A DNA stretch of 64,000 nt from Octopus vulgaris (Eukaryota), in contig OX597817.1 in the NCBI GenBank assembly GCA_951406725.2, forward strand, positions 49,166,001 to 49,230,000. The letters are read 5' to 3'. A model generated the notes under the pieces. That model was not told the origin of the DNA. It did not search any database and saw nothing but the letters and a program-made list of their open reading frames with translations. The translations under genes were made by a program, and so were the position numbers. Shown piece by piece: positions 29,001-43,940 of this stretch (its first letter is position 1; every line of letters begins with the position of its first letter).

Positions 29001-29555
29001 CAGACAGACAGACAGACAAATAGATAGATACAAAAATATATACGAGTATACATATACTGCATACACTTATATTAAATATTCATGTGTATTACAGAGGGTT
29101 ATAAAAATATTTAGTCGGTATTTATGCGTGTGATAATTCCAAACGAAATACAAAATGAACGAAATACACACATTTGTGTGTGGCAGAGATCGGAATGAGC
29201 GGAAATAGAAATTATGCTATTTTTTCTGCGTACACAACTTTTTCCTAAACACACACACACACACACACAAGTTCTGAGTGTGATTCAATGTTTAAGCGTA
29301 TGATACAAAGCGCTTCTCTATGTGTGTGTCTGCGGGGTCTGTGTATTTATATGGTAGTAAAGATTACTTCGCTAAGAAATGATTACTTCGTTTTCGGAAC
29401 AGCATTAGCTGTTCCTTATAAAAACAAACACTCCTTGAAAATTTAAAGGAGAATTTTTTTTCTACCTTCTTTCTTCGCTCTGTTTTGTAATTTCTCTTCC
29501 TTCAATTTTTTCTTTTGTTTTCTTATAGATACACACAGAGACGCACGCACACATG

Positions 29556-29604
<49 letters not shown>

Positions 29605-29617
29605 GCATACTCACACT

Positions 29618-29661
<44 letters not shown>

Positions 29662-29872
29662 TGTGTATACTAAGATGGCCGCACTCCAATACTCCAGTCA
29701 TTTAAGTATGTGTGGGGGTACTGAAGATTGTGTGTGCGTGTTTGTGTACACATACACACACATATGTGTGTGTGTGTGATAAATCTTTTCGTATGCTGTG
29801 TGTGGCTGTGTTTTTTCTATCTTGCTGTGCGCTTTATATATCTACCTTTATACATACACACATCATTTATAA

Positions 29873-29917
<45 letters not shown>

Positions 29918-30008
29918 TAAATATATATATGCATACATACATACATCATATATAAATGTATGTATAAATATACATATATATGTATGCATGTATACATATG
30001 CATTTATA

Positions 30009-30041
<33 letters not shown>

Positions 30042-30081
30042 GAATGTATATATATATATGTGTATGCATGTATACATATGC

Positions 30082-30127
<46 letters not shown>

Positions 30128-30444
30128 GTATATATATATATAATATATGTATATATATATATAATATATGTATATATATATATATATATAATATATATGT
30201 ATATATATATGTATACATATGCATATATATATATATAAATGTGTGTATACATATGCATATGTGTGTGTACGTGTGTGTGTGTGTGTGTATGTACGCATGT
30301 ATGTAGATTTACATCATATGGCTATTTCTTAAGGGGAAGTAGGGAACTTGGGAGAATTAAATGTCTATATTTCAGCGTTTAAATTGGAAAACACTGATGG
30401 TGGTCCCTGTAAACATCCACATCTAAATGATAGTCGGTGGTTGC

Positions 30445-30535
<91 letters not shown>

Positions 30536-30954
30536 GCATGTATGTATGTATCATAAGTTTCAATGCTTATATGTAGAGACAAACATATTCTCACACACAT
30601 GTACTCACACTCGCATTTATAAAAACACCCATCCACCCTCAATTCTTACAGATACCCCTATTCAGTTTTACATAATATACAAATACACGCCCACGCGTTT
30701 ATGTAGAGTTGGTGATAAAGCGATATAAGTATAATGAATGAAATGCAGTGAACACTCATTGGTAGACATGTATGTATACATGTATACACACACACAGACG
30801 CATACACACGCATATATATATACAAAGAAAAAAGAAAAAGGGAAGAAGAGAGAATGTTATTGTGCCAGTGTGTATATAAGAAAATCGTATGCTTATATAT
30901 ACATATTTTTATATTAAATGTATGCATATATCGGTATAGCTTGGGTGTTTCTAT

Positions 30955-30986
<32 letters not shown>

Positions 30987-31171
30987 ATAATATATATTAG
31001 GGAATAAATCCGAACTTACAGGGAAAAATCAGATTTAGGATTGAATCCAATTTTATAGTAAAATATTATATTATATTAAATTAAGTCTTTCATTGTTTGG
31101 TTTGCCTAATGGTGGTTTTGTCTCTAATTTAATATATATATATATACATATTTATATATATATATATATAT

Positions 31172-31238
<67 letters not shown>

Positions 31239-31242
31239 TGTG

Positions 31243-31630
31243 TTCTTTTATTCTTTTATTTGGTTCAGCCATTTGACTGCGGCCATGCTGGGGCATCACT
31301 TTTCGTCGAGAAAATCGACCCTAGGACTTATTCTTTGTAAGCCTAGTGCTTATTCTATCGGTCTCTTTTTGCCGAAACGCTAAGTTACGTGGATGTAAAC
31401 ACACCAGCATCGGCTGTCAAGCGATGTTAGGGGACAAGCTCACATACACACGCACACACGCACACACAAACACACATATATACGACGGGCATCTTTCAGT
31501 TTCCGTCTCCCAAATCCATTCACAAGGCTGTGGTCGGCCCGAGGCTATAGTAGAAGACATTTGGCCAAGGTGCTACGCTGTGGAACTGAACCCGGGACAA
31601 TGTGGTTGGTAAGCAAGTGACTTAACACAC
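31243..31630 (-). mobile_element. SINE family S3
   Basis: Reverse complement of S3. Confidence 0.8.
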
Positions 31631-31661
31631 ATCCACCCCTGCAAAGCTATATTATATATAT

Positions 31662-32198
31662 GTGGAAGCGCAGTGGCCCAGTGGTTAGGGCAGCGGACTC
31701 GCGACTGTAGGATCGCGGTTTCCATTCCAAGACCGGGCCTTGTGAGTGTGTATTGAGCGAAAACACCTAAAGCTTCACGAGGTTCTGGCAGGGGGTGGTG
31801 GTGATCCCTGCTGTACTCTTTCGCCACAACTTTCTCTCATTCTATCTTCTGTTGGCCTGCTCGCTTAGCCAGCGGGGTGGCATCATTTGACGGCTAAAAC
31901 AATGCGAAGCGCATTGTGACCGGCGATGTGTAGCAACATCTGATAGCCTGGTCGGTCACGGTGATCACGGTGCTGGCAGACATGTTAGCACGCCGGGCGA
32001 AATGCGTAGCCGTATTTCATCTGCTGTTACGTTCTGAGTTCAAATTCCGCCGATGTCAACTTTGCCTTTCATCCTTTTGGGGTTGATTAAATAAGTACCA
32101 GTTACGCACTGGGGGTCGATATAATCGACTTAATCCGTTTGTCGTCCTTGTTTGTCCTCTCTGTGTTTATCCCCTTGTGGGTAGTAAAGAAATAGGTA
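31662..32198 (+). mobile_element. SINE S4 (alternative tail) followed directly by SINE S1
   Basis: tRNA-like head gtggcccagtggttagggcagcggactcgcg; S1 starts at ~31972. Confidence 0.8.
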
Positions 32199-32199
32199 T

Positions 32200-32222
32200 T
32201 ATATATATATATATATACATAC

Positions 32223-32262
<40 letters not shown>

Positions 32263-32279
32263 CATTTATATATATATAC

Positions 32280-32319
<40 letters not shown>

Positions 32320-32529
32320 TCATTTATATATATATACATTTATATATATATATACATATATATATATATACATTTATCTATATATATACATATATATATA
32401 TATATACATTTATCTATATATATACATATATATATATATACATTTATCTATATATATACATATATATATATATACATTTATCTATATATATACATATATA
32501 TATATATATACATTTATCTATATATATAC

Positions 32530-32560
<31 letters not shown>

Positions 32561-32566
32561 CATTTA

Positions 32567-32611
<45 letters not shown>

Positions 32612-32619
32612 ATATATAT

Positions 32620-32682
<63 letters not shown>

Positions 32683-32727
32683 GGTCACTATATTGATCAC
32701 CCTAGCACCAGTTAATCCATTGATATA

Positions 32728-32782
<55 letters not shown>

Positions 32783-33013
32783 TTATATATATATATATAC
32801 GTTTATATATACATTTATATATATATATATATACATTTATATATACATATATAGGTTTATATATATGTATATACATATATATATGTATATACATATATAT
32901 ATACGTTTATATATATATACATATATATATATATGTATATACACAAATATATATATATACCTATATATATGTATATATATATGTATATACATATATATAT
33001 ATATATACATATG

Positions 33014-33044
<31 letters not shown>

Positions 33045-33061
33045 GTATATATATGTATATA

Positions 33062-33105
<44 letters not shown>

Positions 33106-33110
33106 CACAC
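32200..33110. repeat. Compound TA-derived micro/minisatellite
   Basis: (TA)n with recurring catttatcta and tgta interruptions. Confidence 0.9.
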
Positions 33111-34066
33111 AACATAGCTATACCTATATATGCATACATGCAATATATAAATATATATGTATAAGCATGCGATTTCCTTATATACATCCCTGGCACAATA
33201 ATATTCTCTCTTATCCCCTTTGCTTCTCTTTCTTTTCCCGTAGAATATATATGTTTTGCAACCAACTTGCACATGGAAGTGCTGCCAGTCGAGAACTCCG
33301 CATACCGGAAGCCAGCAAGTGTATGGGGTCATCAGGAGAGACTGCGCGCCGTTTGGGCGCCTACCTCTTGACGTCATCATTGTGCACCGGTCCCCACTCA
33401 CTGACATGCTAGGTCAACTGGTTATCAAATAAAGGTCAATATTCTCCTAGCCATCGCTCATCGTCCGTTTTTAACCAAATCCTGTTGTTAGCCTTTTCCA
33501 CTGTGGTTTGAATATCGGTCATGGTAGTATTTACTTTACGATAAGTTAGAACCTAATGATAACAACAGTCGCCTCGCTCTGTGTCCAACAAATCATTTAC
33601 ATCCGACTTCGATTCGAAAATGTTCCGCTTTCCCCCCTCCGTCTTCACACACACAAACATACACACGCACACACACACACACATACACACACACACACAA
33701 ATAATAACATTAAAAAGTACCCTGTACATACTACATTTATACACACACTAATATACATACACATACATACATACACAAATATAAGTAAATATAAAAAAAC
33801 ATGTGTGTGTGCGTGTGTGTGTACATATACACTCACATAGATAGGCACACATGCAAATATTTGTACATTTAGACTTATACATTGAAATAGATTCATGCGC
33901 GTATATACGCATTTTCTGCCATACCTCTTCATAATGAGGCGCATGCCAGCACATATTTTCGCAAATACACATACACATAATATCTCGTGCCAACTTAAAT
34001 ACACTATCGCATACATTGTCTAAAAACATAAACAATGCATAGAAAACACAATGTATGCATGTGTGC

Positions 34067-34108
<42 letters not shown>

Positions 34109-34122
34109 CATACATACACATA

Positions 34123-34164
<42 letters not shown>

Positions 34165-34369
34165 CATATATATACATATATATACATACATTTATATATA
34201 CATATATATACATACATATATATATACATATATATATATATACATACATACATATATACATATATATATACTTATATTTATATACATGCATATATATACA
34301 TATATTTATATACATGCATATATGTACATATATATACATATCTATATATATATATATATATAAACATAC

Positions 34370-34402
<33 letters not shown>

Positions 34403-34604
34403 CATACATATATATATACATATATATATATACATGCATATATATATGATATATACATATATACATATATATAGATACATATATATATGATATATACATA
34501 TATATATATATACATATATATATATACCTACATGCATATATATACATACATGCATATATATACATATATATATATATATACATATATACATATATATATA
34601 CATG

Positions 34605-34677
<73 letters not shown>

Positions 34678-35189
34678 GTATATATATTCACATACACACA
34701 TATATGTACTTATGTATACATATATGCATATACATACATAGATACATACACATACGCTCACTCAGTGCAGATGTTATTGACGTATGTGGTCTAAGAACCC
34801 ATTGTTCGTTGTAGAAGCCTCCTTAGTGCCCACAGAGAATAACAAGATGTCATGTAATAGACACGATTAACGGTTTGTAATGAAACAAATAAAAAGAGAT
34901 CTTGACAGTGGAATTTTTCTATAAGCTACTTAAGTTAATTATGGTTATCTCGTGTTAGTTTTTATTCGTTTTCTTTACAATGTTGTTAAAAGAAAAAACA
35001 AAGCATATTAGTTCTGGGTTTTTTTTATCGATAATTCATCAAATCAGTGTTCTTTATTTACTCAATTACATTTTACTTAACTTTGTGTAAGGAGAAACTT
35101 TTAACGCAAATATAAGTAGATAAAAATAAACGTTTAAAAATATATGGATAAAAAAAAAGAAAAGTGGAGGTTGGGGTAAAAGAAGCGGG

Positions 35190-35695
35190 GAATAACAATA
35201 ATAATAACAACGGTGATAACGGTGACGATGATGATGAGGGCGAGGATGTTGATGATGATGTAATAATTGCAACAACGATAATAATCAGAATAAGAAGAAG
35301 AAGAGGAAGAGTGAGGAGGAGTAAGAGAAGAAGGAAAGGAGGGTACAGAAGATAATGACGATGATGATGATGATGATGATGACGATGATGATGATGATGA
35401 TGGCGATGAGGATGGTGATGATGAGGATGGTGATGTTGATAATAATTACAAGAAAACAAAGATAATAATAATGATAAGAAGGAGGAGAGAAGGAGGTATG
35501 GGACAAGAAAAGGGGTGGAAAAAGATGCTGATGAAGATAATGACGACGACGATACTGATTATGATGATAATGATGTTCATAACTATGATGATGATGACGA
35601 CGATGATGATGAGGATAAGGATGAGGATGATGATAGCGACGATGTAAACGACTACGATAACGATGGCTACGATGATAATGATGATGATGATGAAA
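35190..35695. repeat. (GAT/GAC/AAT)n trinucleotide low-complexity tract
   Basis: Directly visible; source of the poly-D/H ORFs. Confidence 0.92.
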
Positions 35696-36249
35696 TAAAA
35701 GTTGACAGAGAGAAATGGAACACTTAATAGCACTTTTTTTTTTTATTCCCTCCCACCAGACAATTCTAGAGAGGAGAGTTGATTATTTAAAATAATCATC
35801 AAATGACACACAATATTTATTGCAAACTGCCATATTGTTAAAAGATAATATCAGTGCGCAGCCATTAGCCACCATGATTGACAAAATGGAAACCAGATGA
35901 ATTGTGTTTTCAACTTTCCATTTCATAAAAAATTACAATACTTTGACAATAATTATGTTTTTGGGTGATTTACTGTTCATTAAAAGTACCTCGTAATATT
36001 TGTAATTGAATTCTACAAATCACACCGACTCATGTTTGCTATTTATCTACTGACGCAGTAGTGTACTAAAGGAGAAATGAATTTCTATAAACTATATTTT
36101 CCAGAAAGAAAAAACAAGTTACATATGGCGCTGTTTAGTCCCATTTTTACTCTAATAAAATCTTGCATTGAATATTATTGTCACCTTTGCACTGGTGCCT
36201 GCTCTGAATGTTTTAATATTCTTGGTCGAATTCAGAATTGAGTTGTTAA

Positions 36250-36595
36250 CATAGTGAGTCCTCTTCTTTCTATTAGGTTGGAGTCCTTGGCTCAGGGTCG
36301 AAATACATATTCTTTGTGTCATTTTAATAAGTATTTCCAAGGTCTTGCCCTAATGAACATTTTGGTCTTCTCTTTTCAAGCACATCGTTTCTCTGTCGAA
36401 CCTCCTGTTAGTCATAAGTCCTTTTATTGTAATAGCTTTATTCCTGGAACTGCTGCCCTCTGGAATTTACTTACATCGCTTCGTTTTCCGCTGTTCTATA
36501 ACATTCAGCCCTTTAAGCTTTCTGTCAATCGACATCTTTCGAACTTGTAGGCCCCTTCTTTTCCTTCTTTGTAGTCTGTTATATTACTATTATGG

Positions 36596-36649
<54 letters not shown>

Positions 36650-36663
36650 TGATGATGATGATG

Positions 36664-36712
<49 letters not shown>
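36250..36712 (+). mobile_element. CR1/L2/Jockey-group LINE 3' end with (AAT)n tail
   Basis: ORF 36254-36550 ends NSFIPGTAALWNLL..FP..YNIQPFKLSVNRHL, like the SFFPRT..LWNSLP C-terminal signature; followed by an (AAT)n tract. Confidence 0.65.
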
Positions 36713-36714
<2 letters not shown>

Positions 36715-38835
36715 GAACAGCCCATTGTGATAGTCGTTACAAATACTGTGACGTAGGAAGTCGAGTCGTCGAGAAGTTAGCGAAGTCGGCCATAGATAGT
36801 CGTGTCTTCACTTGTCTAACTAACTATACTGCTATACTGGAGTGGACGTTATAACAGTCCGACGTTGGATTACAACAGTTACAGTGGCCTCAAGCCTTGT
36901 TTGGAACAAAGTCGTATAAAAATAAACAAGGATCAAAAGAGTTATAGCGTCAACCATTTCATACAGATAGGCAATGGTGAGTTGCTCAGATTTTAACCAG
37001 CGGTCCACTGAGTTATTAACATTTTAACAGTGATTTTCTATAAAAATTCCAATATCGGCAGTGAAATATCATTTCAACATTTTAAAATCTGAAATCCGTG
37101 GGAACTGATGATTGTCTGCCACAGCAAAAATCACACTTTATGATTTTTGGGAGACTCTAATGGTTATTTGCCATTAGGTTGTGAGCTATGGTGTATCATT
37201 GCTCATTGTCTAAGAGTGAATAAATGAAAGAAAAGTACCTGATTGTGGGTTAAATCAGGTGCGAAAAGGTATTGCAAAAAAAATGGGTAGTGTGGTGGGG
37301 AATCAGGTGATCAGTATAGAAGGAACCAAATGTGGTATCCTTCTCTGCAATCACGAAAAGAGTTGGCGTTAAGGTGACAAGTTAAAGCAGGGAGAGTAAA
37401 AAAGATAAACAGGTACAATACATGCAACGACAAATAGACATATATTTACGATGACAGATTAAGGGGAAGGTGGGAAATATGTAACGGTATAAGGGCATGG
37501 TCGGTTGGAGGGACAACAGATGTAACCGCAATATTACATTCATACACAATAACATACATATACACACAAGTTTGTATATAAAAGTTTGATCTATTTTTGT
37601 CAAGTTACGCAAATATACAAGATAACCATTTAGTGTACTCGGAAGGGATTTGTTTCAATACTATATAAATATTTTGCAGCTACACTTCGCACCCAAAAAG
37701 AAACTTCGATAATATGATGTAAAATGTTTGGAGAGAAAGTAATTCTAATCTTTAGAATAGAAAATATATAAATATCTTTTGATGTGATGCATAATCAGTT
37801 CTCCAACGTGGTAAACTTTGTTCGGAATGATATGATTTCTATAGCGACAAGAACTTTCCTCTAAAGCGTGTTTATTATTTGTAAACGATAAGGCATTGAC
37901 TGGTAAATGGGTATCGTACCCTGTATCCTTAGCAACACCGAAGATAAGAAAGATATCGATTCTGTTGCCCTGAATTAAGACGGCAGGTTACTTCGACATC
38001 AATCGTTGGCATCATAACAAATTTGGTTGAAGAGATAAAAGCCACTGATATAAACTAAACATGTTTCACCAGAGAAATGCAATCAAACGTTATCTATTAA
38101 TGAAAACAAAAGCTAAACATAAAAAACCCAGCTTTAAATGTCAGTGAGAAAAACAAAATTATTAATTTAGAGTATTTGTTGACAGAGGTGGGAATAATGC
38201 CTACTGGAAACAGGGGTAGCATTAGAGTTTGTTTCACAGAGATTAGTGTTATTTTGCAATTTAGTGACTGGCAATTAATTCCGAACGTTAATCTTCAACC
38301 AATTAAAGTAATTTAGCGTGGTAAGAATGTAGTAAACCAACATTTTTGTTGTATTAAATTTAACGGAACTTATATAAAAGAAATTGTATAAGGTAGATTA
38401 ATGTTTATACATTATTTCTGACAGGACATACAAATTCTTTAGGTTTTAATAACCTTTATACTTTAAAAACCTTTACAAATCAGAACAATAAGTGCGAAAT
38501 TATATTTGTGCACTTTGTGCGATATGGCATCTCAGTTATAAACTTGAAAATGTATAAAAACAAAAAAATAATAATTTGAAAGAAAGTAGACTTAATAAAT
38601 GAATGAATGAATAATTATAAATAAAGCAAACAAAATTCATTTCTAAACTGGAAGGAATCCATTTTGCTATCATTGAACAAATTGAAATCGTTAAACATCT
38701 GATGAGAAAAAAAAATGCTTCCTTTCGTTTTGTGGCATAGACGGGGAGTAGTGGGAACACTTGCAATTTACATTTGCTTCTTGTTCTGTGTTTGAGCTGT
38801 TTATGAATGATTACATGTCGTCGTCATCGTCATCG

Positions 38836-38868
<33 letters not shown>

Positions 38869-39255
38869 ACCCAGGACATTACTCTCCCGAGGTCTAGGGC
38901 TCATAGGGCCAGTTGCCAGTATACGTAACCGAGATCACAACATTACGCTCGCAACAAGTCGCCAGTCCCTCGCAGACTTATTCAGTTACAGTTGAGTGAA
39001 TTGGGGTAACGTAAAATAAATGCCTTTGCTCAAAAATACAAGGACGCGTCCAGTGCAGAATTCGAAACCACGATCTTGCGATCGTGAATACAGCGGCCTA
39101 AGCACTGGGTCACCCACCTTCCCATGATTATACAGCAGCGTGTAAAATTTGAATACTAAGTCACACATTCTTTACATCTACTAAATAAAATTTTGTATTA
39201 TGGACACAACATATAATCTACAATAAGCACAAGGCCCGAAATGTTTGGAAGAGGA

Positions 39256-39545
39256 CCAGTCGATTAGATCGACCCTAGTACGCAACTGGTACTTAATTTA
39301 TCGAACCCGAAAGGAAGAACGGCAAAGTCGACCTCGGCAGAATTTGAACTCAGAACGTAGCGACGGGCAAAATACCTATTTCTTTACTACCCACAATGGG
39401 CTACACACAGAGTGGACAAACAAGGACAGATAAACGGATTAAGTCGATTATATCGACCCCAGTGCGTAACTGGTATTTATTTAATCGACCCCGAAAGGAT
39501 TAAAGGTAAAGTCGACCTCGGCGGAATTTGAACTCAGAACGTAAA
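39256..39545 (-). mobile_element. Dimeric SINE S1 (partial)
   Basis: Two S1 bodies joined at aatacctatttcttt. Confidence 0.85.
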
Positions 39546-40524
39546 AAGTAAATCTTATCGATAAACCTGTTTTTCTTATTTACATTTTATATTTTTTTCT
39601 GTTCCTTTTTCATTCTTTGTGATTTTTAAATTTTATTGTATTTATCTACCTTTTCTTTCTCCGAATCTGTATCAACCAACGATGATTGCTTCCTTACTGA
39701 ATGCCATTTATTGCAACCTGCCGGGTACATTTATTGTCTGTGATATATAATGAGAGTGTTTGCTCTCTGTGGTAGAGCAGATGTTTTAATCAACCATGAA
39801 GCGCTAGGAAGATTAATCTATTTATTAAATTAAGGCACTTTTATAGATATGGAAGGGTGCGGATCTATATTCATTTGTATATTTTCTATAGGTTTGAATG
39901 GTGATATAAGGTCAATCACGACCATGAAAGAGGTATAATATACTGAATAATATGTAATATATATATGTATATTACATATTATTCAACTGAATGCGACCAT
40001 TTCCAAGTAAGTTTATATATGAATATATATATATATATAAGCAATGAATAGTCTGACGAAACCGCGGTATGCTGCTTGAATCTCTTCAATAATCTCATAA
40101 TAATGATTTATTATTGTCAGGAGGTATGAGAGTGGTTTAATATATTTATTTAACCACTTGATATCTGTAGCATTATAGCCATTTCGCAGCCTTCATCATG
40201 TAATAATAATTTCAGTGTAATTCCACGGAAGTCGACTTTTCCTTTCATCCTTTCGAGATCGATAAAATAAGCACCAGTTGAGCCCGTGCGGTCGATGTAA
40301 TCGACTTAAATCTCTCCCGGACTTTCTGGCCTTGAGCCAAAATTTGAAGCCAATAATTTGAGTGTATAAAAATTCATTTTACAGGTGTGCACTAATATGC
40401 ATGCTACTCATTGTATAATACTATTGTATGTTTACAAATCATGTGGTAGGATAGTCGTGTCCACTCGAGGAACTTTCTGTGATAGCCACAGAATTCTATG
40501 AATCTATCTAAAAAAAATAAATGC

Positions 40525-40767
40525 GCCCTTTTAAAGCCTAGCCAGACTCATGGGCCCGGTTTCCCGGTTTCTATGGCGTATGTATTCTCCAGCTGGACGG
40601 GACGCCAGTCCATCGCAGCGTTACTCATTTTTGCCAGCTGAGTGGACTGGAGCAACGTGAAATGCAGTGTTTTGCTCAAGAACACAATGCGTCGCCCGGT
40701 CCAGGAATCGAACCACAACTTTACGATCATGATGTTGACACCCTAACCACTAATCCACGCGCCTCCA
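40525..40767 (-). mobile_element. SINE family S5
   Basis: Minus strand: ggaggcgcgtggattagtggttagggtg head, B box ggttcgattcc. Confidence 0.82.
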
Positions 40768-43332
40768 TTGAATCCATATATTGCACTCCAAATATATATC
40801 TACACGAATGGATTACGTCCTGTCTATAAGTGGAAGGACTTGCCAAATGTCCCGCACAGTAGCACCGAACCTAAAAACGTGTTACAAAGCACACTTCTTA
40901 ACTTGACGATCATCCGTGCAAGTGGTTATACGGCTGCGGCTGCCACGCAGTTTGTTTTTTTCTTTTACTCAGGGTAATTAAAGGATAATGTTTTATTGAC
41001 TATGACACCCTGTGAACCAAATATATAATCCGCATCTAAATAAACAAGAATTAAACAGAAGTAATTTTAGTAATGGGAAAGCTTTTTTAATGATTTATGG
41101 ACTAATTCTGTATTTGATGATAGTATTAAAAATATATATTATATACTAAAACGAAGCTTTGAAGCAGAGTGGGATACTAAAACCACCATATTTTCATCAG
41201 GTCATCAATATCCATTGAGCAAAATAGTGTTAAAAAAACACAGCTTGAGTCTAGTTTTATTTATAAACGTTATTAAAACAATTTTTTTTCTTTGTGCTGA
41301 TTCATAGCAAAAATTTGGGAACGCAAAATACTGTTTCCCCTATTTTGCTATCTTTCCTTATTTTCATAAACTTTATAGTTTTTGTTTAGCACAAAGCCAA
41401 CTTCCACGGAGCATATGTTTTAATATGATCCCTCGATAACGTCGAATATAAATCCGACAAGACCTGTTTTTTAAGACAACAAAACTATAAAATGGTTGAT
41501 AAACCTTTGTTTGAATGCAATGTATTATCTTCCAGGACGATACTACAAAAATAGGACTTGCTCAAATTTTAACTTACACCCAACGAACTACTCACAATAA
41601 ACTTGTTAAAAGAGTATAAAAACAATAGTTATTAAAAGACGAGGGAATATCTACATCAAGCTGAGATTTGAAGGGTTCTGAAAATTGCCAAAAATAAATA
41701 AAATACAACACGACACAATTTCTTTATATTATAATTTCATCAAACAATTTATCGAACTAGCTACCTACACATGTTTCTTAAAATTTTCTACAGTATATCA
41801 ATTTAAGAAATAGGTTAGCATTGACTATCCGTCTTTATCTTCGGTGATTTCATAGTTAAAAGAGGTTTTGCTGCATAACCTTCCTTTTTTAATTGCTTCA
41901 GAAGAAAATAAAAAGCGAGAGAAATAAGGCAAGAACGATATCTGGAAATAAAGATGGGTGAATGGGGGAAGAAAAAATAATTAAATAAACAAGTTCTCGT
42001 GGAAATTAGTATGGTCAGTTAAACCCGTCTATGCCAGTTTCAGTTATCATTGGAAAAGTTTAGAAAAGAAGATAATTGCCTGTATTGTAGCTAAAACCTG
42101 CCAAATTACAACGGAGTCGGGGTGAGCAGATAGTAGACGAAGATACATAGCATAAGGCTGCTGGTTATACCCGCCAGCAATAAGATAAATATCGCTATCA
42201 GCTTCATCGCAGTGAAAAGTCTGATTATAACGGTTCTGTTAAAACAAGTACCATTAACACTTAGATAAATAATGCTAACCAAACCTACCAAGAAGAACTT
42301 TTTTTTTAACAAGATTGATAGTCAGAGAGAACTTTTAACTGTTAAAATAGAAATAAATCCTCTAAAAAATAAAGATTGCTTTCTCAGTTTGTAACATAGC
42401 ACGAAGAAACAAATTAAGTAATTCAAGATGAACCGCAAATTCAAAGAACAACGAGATTAATATCAACAAGATGATTGACCATCTCATCAAGACCTAGAGA
42501 TCAAAAGTCCATAATGTTGACCAAGAAAAATGATACGTATATTTTAATGAGTTATTGCGACAATACAAAATATTAGCTGAAGGAGTCGGGAGTTAAACCA
42601 AATAGAAAATTATCTGGAACGTAGAGGTCTTAATCAAACCTACGTATTATTAGGTGATTTCTATTTTTTCTCTTTTTGCTTTTTTATGTTTTTTTCGTGT
42701 AAATTCTTTAAAGTACTGAAGTCAGTGTATTTAGGGGACTTGAGAAAACGTCAAGTTTCCATTGAATTATTTTCTGATTATTTTCTTTGCATTAAATTCG
42801 TTTTGAAAAAAAATATTTTCAAAAATAAATACAAGACAAAAAAAGAAATAGAAATGAAGGGAAATTCAGTTCAATTCTGGTTTGGTTTCTCGAAATTTTG
42901 TCACCTGCGAGTAATTCAGAACCCTAAAATAACTAAATTTCTTAGAAACACACACGCATGCGCGGGCTCACCAACACATACAATAATATTAAAAAAATAG
43001 AAACAGAAAAAAAACAAACTAATGACACATTGATACGGTGTTGGATCCAAAATCCTAAAGCAGGAAATGCAGAGCTCCGAAACACTAGCAAATACACCAA
43101 ATAGGTTTTCAATTGCTGTCGACAGAATGTAGCAGCCATTTCGCTCAATCACAAGGATTGGTGGTTATATTGCTTGCCAAATGTTCAAAGAATTCCAACA
43201 AGTTTCTTTTGCAATATCTGTCAATCAAGTGCATATCTGTAGTGACGTGCATACCAGTGATATTTTGTGTCTACAAACACATGTATACATATTTGTATGT
43301 GCGTTTCTTTTGTACTAAAATTCAATAAGTGT

Positions 43333-43668
43333 GTGAAGGCGCATGGCTCAGTGGTTAGAGCGACGAGCTTACGATCGTGAGGTTGTGAGTTCGAATCCCA
43401 GACCGAGCTGCGTTCTTGAGCAAGACACTTTATTTCACATTGCTCCAGTTCACTCAGCTATAGAAATGTGTTGCGACGTCACAGGTGCCAAAGTGTATCG
43501 GCCCCTTTTGCCTTTCCCTTGGATAACACTGGTGGCGTGGAGAGAGGAGAGGCCGGTATGCATGGGCGACTGCTGGCCTTCCATAAACAACCTTGCCCGA
43601 ACTTGTGCCTGGGAGGGTAACTTTCTAGGTGCAATCCCATGGTCTGTGTCGTGACCGAAGGGGGTCTC
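43333..43668 (+). mobile_element. SINE family S2, full length
   Basis: A box tggctcagtggttagagc, B box gagttcgaatccc; TSD-like attcaataagtgt / attcaatgagtgt. Confidence 0.9.
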
Positions 43669-43940
43669 AATATTCAATGAGTGTTTTATTTGTGTGTAAC
43701 TAGTCTAAAAAAATATGTTTGTATATGTAAGTGTATGCACACACGCACACATACATTCATAATATCCATACACACACATGTATATATATATATATGATGG
43801 ACACTCCCGTCGAAGAATCGTTCAGTCTTTGCCGAACGACCTGCACAAATGATTTGTTTATAGTGATTAAATGTATGTGTTGTACATTAGCTCACACCTT
43901 CCATCAAATCGACGTTGCCTGAACAGGTGCACGGTGTACT

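Noticed and set aside
35164-35727. Acidic or His-rich protein exon
   Set aside because: Degenerate (GAT)n tract with in-frame stops and no splice structure.
42100-42330. Possible LINE endonuclease remnant or hydrophobic ORF 42106-42312
   Set aside because: Only a vague resemblance, multiple stops and no diagnostic motif.
43336-43410. tRNA gene-like A/B boxes (also 6810, 11836, 31665, 58200)
   Set aside because: They continue into SINE bodies and lack a proper acceptor stem, so they are SINE heads rather than tRNA genes.
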